Assembly (NCBI GenBank): GCA_964016885.1
Contig: CAXHJY010001470.1
Coordinates: forward strand, 1-64,000
Source of the DNA: Eledone cirrhosa
Lineage: Eukaryota
Reading direction: 5' to 3'
DNA length: 64,000 nt
In this document: piece after piece, positions 1-17,186 of the stretch
Layout of the letters: each line of letters opens with the position of its first letter
How positions within the stretch are numbered: the first letter of the stretch is position 1
Notes under the pieces: model-generated
Seen by the model: only the letters and a program-made list of their open reading frames with translations
The model's database searches: none
What the model was told of the DNA's origin: nothing
Program-made: the position numbers and the translations under genes

Positions 1-175
1 TGTGTGGAAAATTGGCTGTATTATTTCATATGAGACATATCGAATATATCTCTTCCCAGACGGACGTCTCGTTTCATTATAGGATTCCTACAATTTGGGT
101 GAAATTATACCAATTTATGTAGGAGCTTGTATACCATCAGTAGATATATATTCAAGTGGGCTCCTATAATTCATC

Positions 176-177
<2 letters not shown>

Positions 178-269
<92 letters not shown>

Positions 270-272
270 ATA
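178..272. repeat. (TA)n microsatellite
   Basis: Near-pure TA dinucleotide run directly abutting a family A element. Confidence 0.95.
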
Positions 273-279
273 CAGAGAG

Positions 280-462
280 AGAGTCGGGACCCCGACGGCT
301 GAGCTCCGGACGTTTCAACAGCTAAATCCGGATCTAGCTGTCGAAACGGCCGGAGCTCAGCCGTCGGGGTCCTGACTCTTTTCCTATTACCCACTCTACT
401 TAAGTATCGAGTACTCTGGTACGTTATGGTCCACCTGGTATCTTACCACACCTTCTTTGTTA
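280..462 (+). mobile_element. Penelope-like pLTR/hammerhead remnant, family A, fold-back copy
   Basis: Inverted arms 280-329 / 330-379 centred on ATCC|GGAT. Carries the 3' half of a hammerhead (GAAAcggc...gccgTC ggggt) and the family A tail (ttcctattacccactctac...ggtccacctgg...ttaccacac). Flanked by (TA)n on both sides. Confidence 0.75.
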
Positions 463-476
463 TATATATATATATA

Positions 477-606
477 AAAGGTAAACAGAAATAACAACAC
501 AATCGGTACAGTATATGGAAGGAATATATTAGGTTAACGCTTGAAATAGCAGGAAGAGGGTCTTAACATTTCGGAAACTAGTCCTTCGTCAGAAGAAGGA
601 ATGAGC
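477..606 (-). mobile_element. Family B hammerhead-bearing repeat (minimal HHR at 562-595, minus)
   Basis: Reverse complement matches copies at 38211-38389 and 40345-40520. Minus strand reads ctt CTGACGA agga ctagtt tcc GAAA tg TT aag. Confidence 0.75.
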
Positions 607-1155
607 TGAATTCTTGCCGTTTCAACAGCTAGTTCTAATATAGCCTTACTCTAGAACTCCATGAATCGAGTACTCTGTTGAGTAATGGTCTTAGTTTTAA
701 ACAGCAGGTACTATTCGAGTTGTTTGAGGCAATTACAAAGCACTCCAATATAGTCATCAAAGTGTCAATAAAGTTAGTGGTTTGTCTTCCACGTTAATCC
801 ACCCGTATGCTAGCTACCAAACTACCATAATACTAGATTTGAGGTTATTTATTCAGGATGTTTTACATAGTCACCTCCCAATTGCAATCTTTCCTGCGCT
901 ATCTTTCCAGTTAACTTTGGCAGGGCACCTTATCGCAGATCTGTCAAATCTCCCACCCACTTTGGGGTAGATGAGAGATGTCTTCTCTTATGAAAATAGT
1001 AAATATGTAAAATCTGCCCATTTGACCTCATTTCACCCTCTTTTAGGGCCCTTTTTTCATGGTAGTCCCCATTTGGGTTTTTAGAGTTTGGCTGCTCTGC
1101 CATATTGTTTTATACTGGTGTCGTGTCTCTTCCAAGTGATGTTAAGCACCAAAAG

Positions 1156-1238
1156 TAATAATCGTTTCTAGTTTTGGCACATGGCCAGCAATTATCCCAG
1201 TGTATTACTGGTACTTTAAATTCAGCGGGATTTGAACC
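1156..1238 (-). mobile_element. Internally deleted tRNA-derived SINE (family C) with 15-bp TSD
   Basis: Tail gtttctagttttggcacatggccagcaatt...actggtact plus B-box remnant. Direct repeat accaaaagtaataat at 1148-1162 and 1236-1250. Confidence 0.8.
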
Positions 1239-2046
1239 AAAAGTAATAATATGTATTAGTACATTTTGTTTAGCCTAACTTTATATTCAAACTTCTGCGT
1301 CAATGTCTATTTTCTACGAATTTTTACTAATGCTTCCCTAATTAGAGGATTCCAAGTTAACGAACTTTCATCTTTAGAAACAACCGCTGTTTTTCTGTAA
1401 ATTTCTTTGAACACTCTGCCTGTGGTTCGGCACATGATCCGCCGCTCAAAAACTGTCCAACGTCTCGCTGTAAATACAGCGTAATTTTTCTTGTCTTTAT
1501 GTGACGTCATTACTATTTGCAGTTTTTGTTTCGTAAATTTTAGTTTACAACTGCGGAGTTATAGCACAACATGTTTTAGAAGCATAACCGTCGAGAGGCC
1601 ATTGCTGATATAGCAACAAGTGACGCACTTATTATAACATTGGATACCAAGGTGTACATGGATATTATAAAGCGAATTGGAGAGGTAAGAATATTTTAAA
1701 CACATAATGGTGCATATAGGATTATTTGTTCTACAATTACTAGAAAAGTTGCACATATTGTTCAACACGTGTTGGTTTATGAACCAAAACATTGTGCAAT
1801 AATTCCGTTAAAATAAACAAAGCTCACTGATAGAAGAAATGTGGCGAGGAAAAAGCAAAAGAATTCTGAGAGTTGTTTGCTTTTAAACATTTATTTAATT
1901 CAATATAAAACCATAAATTTGGGTAATTAAAACACTAAAAATTGTGCGAATATTTACTGCTAATCATAGTTGGTTTAACAGGTTTTCGCTTCCCCAAAAC
2001 TTTGGTTTGCTTCTACATGTTTAAGATGTGATAAGATTTTTGGTAA

Positions 2047-2665
2047 ATTTATTGAACACCCCTTTCGATTTCAGTGGGAAATCATTTTTGTTCTTCTGAT
2101 TTTTCGTGTGCTATCAACTAATCTAACTTCCAACATGCTCGCAATTGACTCCCCCCCCCCCCCTGAAAAACCGAAGGGAAGGGACCTCATTAACATAACA
2201 TCCCTACTCACCGCCCCGCCCTCCCGGAGTTTTTCTCTACAAGTTTTTTTTTTTTTTTTCGCTTGTTTATCAACGAATGTTCCCCTAAACCAGTGGGAAA
2301 CGACTGGTCTTGTATAAAAAAGAGGGGTTAATAAGGCGGAAACACTGTCGGAGTTTTGCAGCTTTACATTCCTCTTGTGTTTGGTGGGAAATAATTATTT
2401 TATGTCGGGGTTTTTTGGGTTTTTTTCCTGTGCCATTAACAACTAATCTGACCTCCGAACTTTCCACAAAGGTCTTTTTTCCCGGAAAACGGAGGAGGTG
2501 GGGTTGCCAAGGACCACACCCCCTCCCCGTTCTCTGGGGGTAAAAGTCGATTGCGAGCATGTTGGAAGTCAGATTAGGTGATAGCACACGAAAAAAAAAA
2601 CCTCCAAAAACTAGGAAAAAGAAATTATTTCCAACTGAAATCGCGAGGGGCTTTTTTCTATAAAT
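2047..2665. mobile_element. Fold-back/MITE-like element with long imperfect terminal inverted repeats
   Basis: 2100-2150 (tttttcgtgtgctatcaactaatctaacttccaacatgctcgcaattgact) is the near reverse complement of 2545-2595. Weaker symmetry extends to 2047/2665. Internal partial copies of the TIR motif near 2263 and 2430. Confidence 0.65.
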
Positions 2666-2895
2666 AGTTCTAAACTTCCCTTAATTTAACAGGCTTAAAG
2701 CTCGCTGAAATCTTCGTTGGTTTGACAGGTTGAAAAGGCTCGTTGAAACCTTCGTTGGTTTGACAGAATTAAGTTTTGCCAAAACTTGTTAAAGATTCGC
2801 TAGTTATTCTACTAAATTCCTCCCTCCAACTTTTGGATTATTTTTCAAAATTATTTGGAAACTATAAGATATTAGAAATATCGTAATTAAATGGT

Positions 2896-2932
2896 TTTCA
2901 TGAATGAAACAGTTCTAGTCCTGTAGAAGCTC

Positions 2933-2940
<8 letters not shown>
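2896..2940 (+). mobile_element. Family E hammerhead 3' half
   Basis: gaatGAAAcagttctagtcctgTAgaagctcttctatat running into (TA)n. Confidence 0.7.
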
Positions 2941-2963
<23 letters not shown>

Positions 2964-3057
2964 ATGAGTTATTTTTTTTTTGTTGATTAGTCAACAAAGT
3001 TAATTTATAACAGAATAGAAGCACTCAACGATATTTTTCCGGAGTATAATTAATATC

Positions 3058-3231
3058 AATAATATTAATAAATGGAAGATATCTTTATAAAACCAAATTT
3101 ATTTTATTATACATATTTCAAGGGTACCAATATTTTTAGACGAAAATGTACTAAAATATTGGTACCCTTGAAATATATATAATAAAATAAATATGGTTTT
3201 ATAAAAATATTTTCCATTTATTAATATTATT
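3058..3231. mobile_element. Family H fold-back copy (inverted duplication joined in hammerhead helix II loop)
   Basis: Arms ~3058-3139 / 3151-3231. The right arm cttGAAAtatataTAataaaata...atggtttta matches the complete hammerhead copy at 62150-62250. Confidence 0.7.
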
Positions 3232-3246
3232 TTATTATATATATAT

Positions 3247-3417
3247 CGATAGAGCGTCAGACACGATGCTTTGCAGCATAGTTATGGCCCTTTACATTCT
3301 GCGTTCAAATCCTGCCGAGGTTAACTTTGCCTTTCATCTTTAGGGGGTCGATAAAATAAAGTACCAGTAATGCACTGGGATAATTGCTGGCCTTGTGCCA
3401 AAAGTAGAAACATTATT
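3247..3417 (+). mobile_element. tRNA-derived SINE family C (Meta-domain-like core), 5' truncated
   Basis: B box gttcaaatcc, core gcctttcatc...gggtcgataaaataaagtaccag, tail tgctggccttgtgccaaaagtagaaacattatt. Confidence 0.85.
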
Positions 3418-3639
3418 CAGCGTTTCTGTACTGAAATCCCTCACAGCAAAAAGGAGCTAATAAAAACCCCTGACCCCAACTAAAAGGTATCTTTGATAAG
3501 AGGTAAAAGTGGTGCGTTCTATCTGAAGGACTTCCAAACCACATAATTAACCACAAACACACCAAATGGCTATTTTACGGGAAATAACCAGCGCCGTTTT
3601 ATCTCACTTTTAAATCTTTTGTTTCTTTTTTCACAACTA

Positions 3640-3920
3640 CTGTTGTTGTTGTGATTGTTGTTTTTGTAGTAGTAGTTGTTGTTGTTGTTGTTGTAGTGGT
3701 TGTGGTGGTTGTTGTTAATGTAGTTGTTTGTGGTTGTTGTTGTTGTTGTAGTTGTTGCTGTGGTGGTGGTTGTTGCTTACGATGTTACTGCTGTTTTCGT
3801 TGTAGGTGGTGTTGTGGTGGCGGTTGTTGTTGTTGATGCTGTTGTTGTTGTTGGTGCAGTTGTTGTTGTTGGTGCAGTTGTTGTTGTTGTTGTTGTAGGC
3901 GTTGTTGGTTATTGTTATTA
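3640..3920. repeat. Imperfect (GTT)n/(GTA)n trinucleotide repeat
   Basis: Direct reading. Confidence 0.9.
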
Positions 3921-4255
3921 ATGAAGTTGTCGTTTTAGTTGCTATTGTTTAACCCTAGGTCACGCTTGATCAAGCAGACCTATGATCAAAGACATTCTAA
4001 CCGTTATCAGCCCCCTCCCCCCACTCCCTCACTTATCCAAACACATTATATCTTGGATTATATTACCAAGAAGAAAAAAAACAGGTCTGTACGATGTGGT
4101 TTTTCACTCAGCTCTGACTAGGGCACACCTATATTCATAGGCGTTCTAGCCATGACCTTCCCATCCATTATCAATTGTATCCTAATATTTATCTAATAGA
4201 GTTGGGTGTGATTTCAGAGAGATTTGGCTGATATTTCTAGCAGATTGTACAATCT

Positions 4256-4800
4256 GATAGGTTGGCTAGTAGGATGGCTGGCTGGCTTGTTGGTGGTGTG
4301 ACAGCTGGCTGGTGGTGTGACAGCTGGCTGGCAGGCTGGTAGGTGGTGTGACAGCTGGCTGGCAGGCTGGTAGGTGGTGTGACAGCTGGCTGGCAGGCTG
4401 GTAGGTGGTGTGACAGCTGGCTGGCAGGCTGGTGTGACAGCTGGCAGGCTGGTGTGACAGCTGGCTGGTAGGTGGGTGTGACAGCGAGCTGGCTGGTTGG
4501 TTGGCTGGCTAGTAGATGGTGTGATAGTTGGCTGGCTGGCGGGTTGTTTGGTGGTGTGATAGCTGGCTGGTCGGTGGTGTGATAGCTGATTGGTTGGCTG
4601 GCTGGTTGGTTTGTTGGTTGGTTGGTTGGTTGGCTGATTGGTTGGTTGGTTGGTTGGCTGGCTGGCTGGTTGGTTGGTTGGTTGGTTGGTTGGTTGGCTG
4701 ATTGGTTGGTTGGTTGGTTGGCTGGCTGATTGGTTGGTTGGTTGGTTGGCTGGCTGGTTGGTTGGTTGGTTGGTTGGTTGGTTGGTAGGTTGGTAGGTGT
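4256..4800. repeat. 31-bp minisatellite (gctggctggcaggctggtaggtggtgtgaca) grading into (TGGT/TGGC)n
   Basis: About 4 near-exact 31-mers, then a tetranucleotide array. Confidence 0.9.
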
Positions 4801-4887
4801 GATGTTTTATGACAAATATCCAGCGTCCTTGACTGAATTCTCCGCCTGTGTCAGTCACCAGAACTGCATGACCCAAGCTCGCCCTCA

Positions 4888-6110
<1,223 letters not shown>

Positions 6111-6274
6111 AGAGCAATGCACTAAGTAGGTTAGCACGTGTCGCCATTTACTGGGTCAAATTGGAAATCAGTCAACCAATGAGAAAGTGAGAAACTAGGT
6201 CGATATAAATAGGAAAATAGGTCAGACGCTGACCTCATTATACGCTGCTGACCTAGTTATTTATCTTCTCCTTA

Positions 6275-6511
6275 CTCGCTCTCTCTCTCTCACGTTCTCT
6301 CTCTCACGTTCTCTCTCTCACGCTCTCTCTCTCACGCTCTCTCTCTCTCACGCTCTCTCTCTCTCTCTCACGTTCTCTCTCTCTCACGCTATCTCCCCCC
6401 CTCTCTCTCTCTCTCTCTTTCTTTCTCCCTCTTTCTCTCTCTCTCTTTCTTTCTCCCTCTTTCTCTCTCTCTCTCTTTCTTTCTCCCTCTCTCTCTCTCT
6501 TTCTCCCTCTT

Positions 6512-6547
<36 letters not shown>

Positions 6548-6640
6548 TCTTTCTCCCTCTTTCTCTCGACCTCTCTCTCTTCCTCGCCTTTCCACTCTTT
6601 CTCTCACCCCCTCTTTCTTTCTCTCCCTGTTGCTTTCACT
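6275..6640. repeat. (CT)n-rich polypyrimidine repeat
   Basis: Direct reading. Confidence 0.9.
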
Positions 6641-6779
6641 CTTTTCCCCCTCCTCCCTACCTATTTCTTTCCTTCTTCATTATGTGGATTGTTTCTCCAA
6701 CCCCACCCAACCACACTCTTTCTATTGTGTGTATATATACCATACTCACACACCATACAATACATACATACACACACGC

Positions 6780-6831
6780 TTTCTCCCGAATGAAACAGTT
6801 CTAGTCCTGTAGAAGCCTTTCTATATTAAAT
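6780..6831 (+). mobile_element. Family E hammerhead 3' part
   Basis: tttctcccgaatGAAAcagttctagtcctgTAgaagcctttctatattaaat. Confidence 0.7.
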
Positions 6832-6947
6832 ATATACAGAACACATTCACTGTTGGGTTGGTTTTCGCTTTTCTATCCTTTATATCTCCATAGTTAATTT
6901 ATTTGGCAATCAATGTTTATCACTGACAAACCAACGGTTAAAAATAC

Positions 6948-6988
<41 letters not shown>

Positions 6989-7020
6989 ATCAAAGTTCTT
7001 TCGTTGCATATCTGCAACAT

Positions 7021-7387
7021 CATCGACGGTTAGACAAGAAAAACCTCAAAGAGTGAGATGACCAAACCATCACGCTCATTGTAAATCAAGACCGTAGCAG
7101 CGATTTTCCCGAGAAGTAAACGACTCTACGAGCATCAGTATCTCCTGGAAGACTGCATCAAGCCGCCTGAAACTAACAAAACCTGCAAGCTCGTACACTA
7201 GAAGTCAAGCCGTTCATTAATAAGAACAAGGAAGTTCAATTATCCATCGACGCTAAACCCGTTCTATGGACAGAAAACCAGTGGATCAAAGTCCACTTGA
7301 GCGATGAATCAAAGTTTAACTTGTTTGGTTCAGATGACAGGACGTTCGTTCGTCGAAGACATGGCGAAAAATTGTCTTTTGTTTGCA
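7021..7387 (+). pseudogene. Tc1/mariner transposase fragment (HTH linker to first catalytic Asp), frameshifted
   Basis: Translation gives ISWKTASSRL / NLQARTLEVKPFINKNK...VLWTENQWIKVHLSDESKFNLFGSDDRTFVRRRHGEKLSFVC. This matches the Tc1-family motif W..V.(F/W)SDESKFNLFGSDG..VRR..GE. Stops and a frameshift upstream. Confidence 0.9.
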
Positions 7388-7427
7388 TGCTCACGCACAC
7401 GCACACACGCCCTTATTTGGACAAACT

Positions 7428-7522
7428 ACTCCTGCTGATGATACAGCCAGTTAATCGCCAAGGCCTTTGGCAATCAGTTCTGAGACTGGCTGTTGAAACG
7501 GCAAAAGCTCAGCCGTCGGGGT
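7428..7522 (+). ncRNA. Type I hammerhead ribozyme motif, family A (complete core)
   Basis: CTGATGA 7435-7441. Helix II acagccagt 7443-7451 / actggctgt 7485-7493. GAAA 7495-7498. Helix III cggc/gccg. Cleavage triplet GTC (7515-7517). Helix I actcc/ggggt, offset by an extra tg (probable CTG duplication). Confidence 0.75.
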
Positions 7523-7774
7523 CCTGACTCTTTATAATCTCTCTCTCTCTCTCCACACATGCAGGTGAGGGGTGGGGGAAATGTGAAGAATCATAGCAAA
7601 GACGGAAGAGAAGGTGAAGATAGTTGATAGGACAACATTGAACGGATACAGTAATTCAACAGAGGAAATGGTGTCACGTGACCGGAAAGACATCACCTGA
7701 TTGGCTATAATTTTCAATGCTTCTGCTATTTTAGTTTTCAGTTTCATTAATGTCAATGGTGTCACCACTTGTAT

Positions 7775-8990
7775 GTATTGTTGTTGTTGTTGTTATTGTT
7801 AGTGGTGGTGGTAGTTGCGGTAGTAGTTGTGGTGGTAGTAGTAGCGGTAGTAGTAGTAGTGGTAGTAGTAGTAGTGTTCTTGTGTCTGTTACTGTCGTTG
7901 GTGATAGTGGTGGTAGTAGTAGCAGCAATAGTAGTAATAGTAGCAGCAGCAGCAGCAGCGGTAGTAGCAGTAGTAGCAGCAGTAGTAGTAGCTGTAGTAG
8001 CAGCAGTAGTAGTAGTAGCAGCGGTAGCAGTAGTAGCAGCAGTAGTAGCGGCAGCAGTAGTAGTAGTGGTAGCAGTAGTAGTTGTATCTGTCGCTGGTGA
8101 TAGTGCTGCTGCTGCTACTGCTACTGCCGGATCCGGAAACGACAGAAACACTTGAAAACGCCTCCTATTCTTCCTCTCTGGCGACAACACCATCAAATAT
8201 ATCTGTCTGTCTGGTGGTGGTGGTGTCGTCGTTGTCGGTGGTGGTGGTGTCGATGGTGGTGTCGTCGTTGTCGGTGGTGGTGGTGTCGATGGTGGTGTCG
8301 TTGTCGTTGGTGGTGGTGGTGGTTTCGTTGGTGGTGGTGTCGTTGGTGTCGGTGGTGGTGGTGTCGGTGGTGGTGGTGTCGTTGGTGTCGGTGGTGGTGG
8401 TGTCGATGGTGGTGGTGTCGTTGGTGGTGGTGTCGGTGGTGGTGTCGTTGTCGTTGGTGGTGTGTTGGTGGTGGTGATAGTGATAGTGGTGGTGGTTGTG
8501 GTGTCGTCGTTGGTGGTGGTGGTGGTGTTGTCGTTGTTGTCGGTGGTGTCGGTGGTGGTGGTGTCGATGGTGGTGGTGTCGGTGGTGGTGTCGTTGTCGT
8601 TGTCGTTGGTGGTGGTGTCGGTGGTGGTGGTCTCGGTGGTGGTGTCGTTGGTGGTGGTCTCGGTGGTGGTGTCGTTGTCGTTGGTGGTGGTGGTGTCGGT
8701 GGTGTCGTTGTCGTTGGTGGTGTTGTTGGTAGTGGTGGTGGTGATAGTGATAGTGGTGGTAGTTGTGGTGTCGTTGTTGTTGGTGGTGGTGGTGATACTC
8801 TTGTTGATGGTGGTGGCAATAGTAGTGGTGGTGGTGGTGGCGGTAGTGGTGGCGATAGTATTGGTGGTAGTGGTGGCGGTGCCGGTGATGGTGGCGGTAG
8901 TATTGGTGGTAGTGGTGGCGATAGTGCTGGTGGCGGTGATGGTGGCGGTGGCGGCGGTGCCGGTGGTGGTGGCGATAGTATTGGTAATGT
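7775..8990. repeat. Compound trinucleotide arrays (GTA/GCA, then GGT/GTC)
   Basis: Direct reading. Interrupted by ~110 bp of unique sequence at ~8100-8210. Confidence 0.9.
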
Positions 8991-9171
8991 GTTTGCACGC
9001 GTGTGTGCTTGTATGTATGTATGTGTGTGTGTGTGTGTGTATGTCTATGAATTTGTGTGTGCGTGCTTGTATGTATATGTATGCCATGTGTGTATGTATC
9101 TGTGTATATGCATGAATGTATGTATATTAATGTGTGTATGTGTATTTTAACACATACTTGTAAATATTATT

Positions 9172-9365
9172 AAGCGGTGGATTGGCAGTATCGGTAGAGG
9201 GTCGGTCGCCATGCTTTGCAGCATAGAGTTACGGCCCTTTATGATCTGAGTTCAAATCCCGCCGAGGTTAACTTTGCCTTTCATTCTTACAGAGTCGATA
9301 AAATAAAGTACCAGTAATGCACTGAGTAATTGCTGGCCTTGTGCCAAATAGTAGAAACAATTATT
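9172..9365 (+). mobile_element. Full-length tRNA-derived SINE family C
   Basis: A-box-like tggcagtatcgg, B box gagttcaaatcc, Meta-like core, 3' tail ggccttgtgccaaatagtagaaacaattatt. Confidence 0.9.
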
Positions 9366-9568
9366 AAATATGTATTTGATAAAGATTAATTGGAGATTGT
9401 AGAAAAATGAATATTTAATCGTTTCAAATAAACCAGTTAGGAAGTTAATCGGGGTTAGTTGTCAATAAATAACCCATTATCTGGTGAAACGGGTTCGAAT
9501 TCCGCCGGATGCTCGCTTTCCTGATTATATATATATATATATATATATATATAATGTGTGTGTGTGTG

Positions 9569-9628
9569 TGTAATAAACAACTTAAGACAATTATTCCATT
9601 TACCAATTGTCTTATGTTGTTTATTACA
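9569..9628. mobile_element. Family F tail, short fold-back
   Basis: tgtaataaacaacttaagacaatt / aattgtcttatgttgtttattaca inverted pair. Same tail as 41535 and 50774-50801. Confidence 0.65.
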
Positions 9629-9881
9629 TATCTAAATAGCTCTGTACTCTACATAGAGCACTCTCCTTTCCTTTACCCGTCCTACGGAAATATATGTAGA
9701 TAAATCTACCAAAATATACGGTAGTGTCCAATCCGTATGAAGAACTCAATGTAATCCAAGTATCATGAAAAGAGAAGATGCATTCAAAAATTTTCGATGA
9801 AAATCATAGGAAAACAGAGTTAAGATAAATTAATAAAAACAATGAATAAAAACAAAGAACAAGTTCCTTATATTAAAAAAT

Positions 9882-10019
9882 TCATCATTTTACGATCGTT
9901 TCTAGGATATATATATGTGTGTTGGTATGTATATCATATAGATCTATGTAAAAATATTACAAACTTTAAGAGGAAATATACATACCTTCACATATATATG
10001 CTGTCTTCAGAAATGATGA
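9882..10019 (-). ncRNA. Type I hammerhead ribozyme motif with very long helix II (family N)
   Basis: Minus strand reads tcatcattt CTGAAGA c...(atatatatgtg/cacatatatat; ggtatgtatat/atatacatacc)...a GAAA cgatcg TA aaatgatga. 9-bp helix I and palindromic helix III. Confidence 0.85.
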
Positions 10020-10078
10020 GATTTGTTTATTGAAAAAAACCCAACAAAGATTTAATATAATAGGTATGTTTATATATA

Positions 10079-10276
10079 TAACGAAGGAAGTGTGGTAAGG
10101 AACCAGGTGGACCATAACGCACCAAAGTACTCGATACTATGGGTAGTAGAGTGGGTAATAGGAAAAGAGTCAGGACCCCGCCGACTGAGCTCCCGCCGTT
10201 TCGACAGCTGGTTCTGACAGTTGTTCAGAGCTAGCTGTCGAAACGGCCGGAGCTCAGCCATCGGGGTCTTCACTCT

Positions 10277-10280
<4 letters not shown>
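10079..10280 (-). mobile_element. Family A remnant, fold-back copy
   Basis: Family A tail on minus strand. Inverted arms 10162-10217 / 10225-10280. (TA)n on both sides. Confidence 0.75.
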
Positions 10281-10307
<27 letters not shown>

Positions 10308-10476
10308 GTAGTGTATACTTTATACTGAGGAGACGACATGGGAGAGTCGTTAGAACGTCAGATAGAATACTTTATGGCAGACATGTCAAACATACGGCCC
10401 TTTACAAGCACAACTGCAGCCCGCACAAAGGTTTTTACAGCGCGAGCATAATATAAAATTTAAAAAAAATATTAGT

Positions 10477-11056
10477 TGTAACGTGCGCAACACATATGTG
10501 CCCCATGTGACATATGTGCCCCATGTGACATATGTGACCCATGTGGCCCTCCTTGGGGGAACCCTCAGACAACACATAGCTGAGCCTGTGTGCCTGCTTT
10601 ATGGTATTCTTTTCGGGTCTCTAATCTTGTGGTTAACTTTACTTTTCCTTCTTCGTCGATTAAGAAAGAAAAAAGAATAATGGACTAATCCAGTACTAGG
10701 GCTGTTTCTTCTCTCACTCCCTCTCTCTTCCTTCTCTCTTCCTCTCTTTTCCTTCTCTCTCTTCCTTCTCTCTCTTCCTTCTCTCTCTTCCTTCTCTCTC
10801 TTCCTTCTCTCTCTTCCTTCTCTCTTCCTTCTCTCACTGTCCCGACCAAACACTCACACTCTGACACTCACACACTCTCACAGAAACACTCACACTCTGA
10901 CACTGACACTCAGAGGAGATGAGGAACCTGTAACTCCAAGTCGCGACTCACACACACCTGATTACCTAAATAAAACTATTACACTCTACCTGACGTACCG
11001 TAATTGCAATGTACACCTGTGTGAACTTCCTCTCCCTTTTTCTCCCCTCCACCACA
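10477..11056 (+). mobile_element. Possible solo LTR
   Basis: Begins TGTAAC and ends CCACA. AATAAA at ~10968. Flanks TAGT/CAGT (one mismatch). Internal 18-bp triplication and CT-rich repeats. No second copy in the window. Confidence 0.3.
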
Positions 11057-11070
11057 CAGTATTATGTACT

Positions 11071-11114
<44 letters not shown>

Positions 11115-11243
11115 TATTTGAGTGTATGTTTATGTATATTTCAATATATGTATGCATATATATAGGCATATATATATATATATATGCATGCATGAATGTA
11201 TGTATATGTGTATATATATATAGGCATGTTTTTTTGTATATGT

Positions 11244-11287
<44 letters not shown>

Positions 11288-11339
11288 CATGTATATATAT
11301 ATATATTTATATATCTATATAAATGAAAATATAGAAATT

Positions 11340-11382
<43 letters not shown>

Positions 11383-11403
11383 AATACATGTGTGCATGCA
11401 TAT

Positions 11404-11457
<54 letters not shown>

Positions 11458-11498
11458 CACGAACTAAGGAAAGTCTTATTCTTTCCCTCCCTCTATAA

Positions 11499-11572
<74 letters not shown>

Positions 11573-11573
11573 C

Positions 11574-11613
<40 letters not shown>

Positions 11614-12199
11614 CATACCAACTTGATGTCAGCGGCTTTTTTTTATTGAGGGGGGGGGGGGGCTGCTGTCAGACAGCAGGTCAGTGTGACCTAACCGAAT
11701 AATACCCTCCTCCTCCACCACAGCTACCCGCCACCATCCCACCTACCAGCCCCACTCTCGGCAATCTACAATTCGCCATTGTCAAAGTCGAAAGCTGGTC
11801 CGAGTCGGGGGTGTGTTGTTTGACAGGCTGGAGTGGAGTACAGTCCCCCCCCCTCCACCATTAATGTGTTGTCTGTTGTTGGAGTGGAGTGGAGTGGAGT
11901 ACTGATTACCTTGTCGGTTAGCAGGCAGGCTGGAGTGGAGTGTCAGTTTGTGTGCTGTCTCCTAGTGGAGTAGAGTAGAGTGGGGTGAAAAATCCGTTTG
12001 AGTGAGTGCTGACTGCATGTGAAGTGAAGTGATGGTTGTCTTGTCGAGTGGTAGGCAAGCTGTAATGAAGATGCAACTGGAGTGGAGTGTCCGTTGGAGT
12101 GCTGGTTGATGTTGGAGTGGAGTGTCCGTTGAAGTGCTGACAGGTAGGCTAGAGTGGAGTGTCCGTTGGACAGTAGAAGTGCGAGTATGGCATGTGTAT

Positions 12200-14260
<2,061 letters not shown>

Positions 14261-14596
14261 GTATGTGTATATTGGTGTGCGTATGTATGCATGAATATAT
14301 GTGGTATGTGAGTGAATGTGGTGGATTGGGGGTGTATCAACAGGTTGAAGCTACAAATCTATTGTTTATACCTCTTAGAGAGGGTGGTGCGACAGAGAGA
14401 GGGTGGTGAGAGAGAGAGTGGTGAGTGAGAGAGAGAGAGAGTGGTGAGTGAGAGAGAGAGAGAGTGGTGACTGAGAGGGAGAGAGAGATGTGAATGGGGG
14501 ATGTTGTCAGAATTTAACGAAAGAGCTGTTGATGGAATCCTGAGATGGTGATACAGTCGTGTATAGTCGCCATCTTTGCATGCATTTACTGCCTGG

Positions 14597-14627
<31 letters not shown>

Positions 14628-14827
14628 GCGCACACATATACACGTGCGCTCATATACACAAACACACACACAGACACACATATATTTATATAATATATAT
14701 ATATGTGTGTGTGTTATGTAATTCCGAATGAAAAGCAAAAGAAAAAAGAGGGCTCTATACTATATATAGAACAGAGCTATTTAATTCGATTAATTAAATT
14801 TCATTTCATATATGTTATCTATAACAT

Positions 14828-14894
14828 CTCTATCTGACGACCGATCTAGACGTATATATTATCGTCTGTAATCCAGAAACCTTTGGTAATGGAG
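14828..14894 (+). ncRNA. Type I hammerhead ribozyme motif (family M, related to F)
   Basis: ctctat CTGACGA ccgatct agacg..cgtct gtaatcca GAAA cc ttt gg TA atggag. Helix I ctctat/atggag. Base of helix II degenerate. Confidence 0.7.
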
Positions 14895-14965
14895 TAGTTA
14901 TATTTTGTGTTGTTCACTTTCTAACTAAATAAATATATATATAAATATATATATATATATAATAT

Positions 14966-16760
<1,795 letters not shown>

Positions 16761-16921
16761 AATATACACATGCACACGCACTGTAAAAATACACATGTCT
16801 AGAATTATATATACACATACTCAACCACCAGTGCACACTCCAACTAAACTCATGACAGCAAATGGACGCCATGTATATATATATATATATATATATATAT
16901 GGTTGGATAAATGTGTGTATA

Positions 16922-16961
<40 letters not shown>

Positions 16962-16964
<3 letters not shown>

Positions 16965-17142
16965 CGAAGGAGTTGTGGTAGGCAACCAGATGGACCATAA
17001 CGCACCAGAGTACTCAATACTTAGGGTAGTAGAGGGGGTAATAGTAAAAAGTGTAACCCCGACGGCAGAGCTCCAGCCGTTTCGACGGCTATTTCAGTCC
17101 AGAAAAAACGGCTTGTGCTCTGCCCTCGGGGTTAAACTTTTT

Positions 17143-17145
<3 letters not shown>
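16962..17145 (-). mobile_element. Family A remnant, fold-back copy
   Basis: Family A tail on minus strand, then taaccccgacggcagagctccagccgttt inverted against aaacggcttgtgctctgccctcggggtta. Between (TA)n tracts. Confidence 0.7.

Positions 17146-17186
<41 letters not shown>

Noticed and set aside
7750-9150. Thr/Pro-rich mucin-like, His-rich and Gly/Trp-rich ORFs
   Set aside because: Trinucleotide arrays open in nearly all frames, with no splice or domain support.
9172-9262. tRNA gene (A and B boxes), likewise 18571 and 37278
   Set aside because: No cloverleaf, and the sequence continues into a repeated SINE body and tail.
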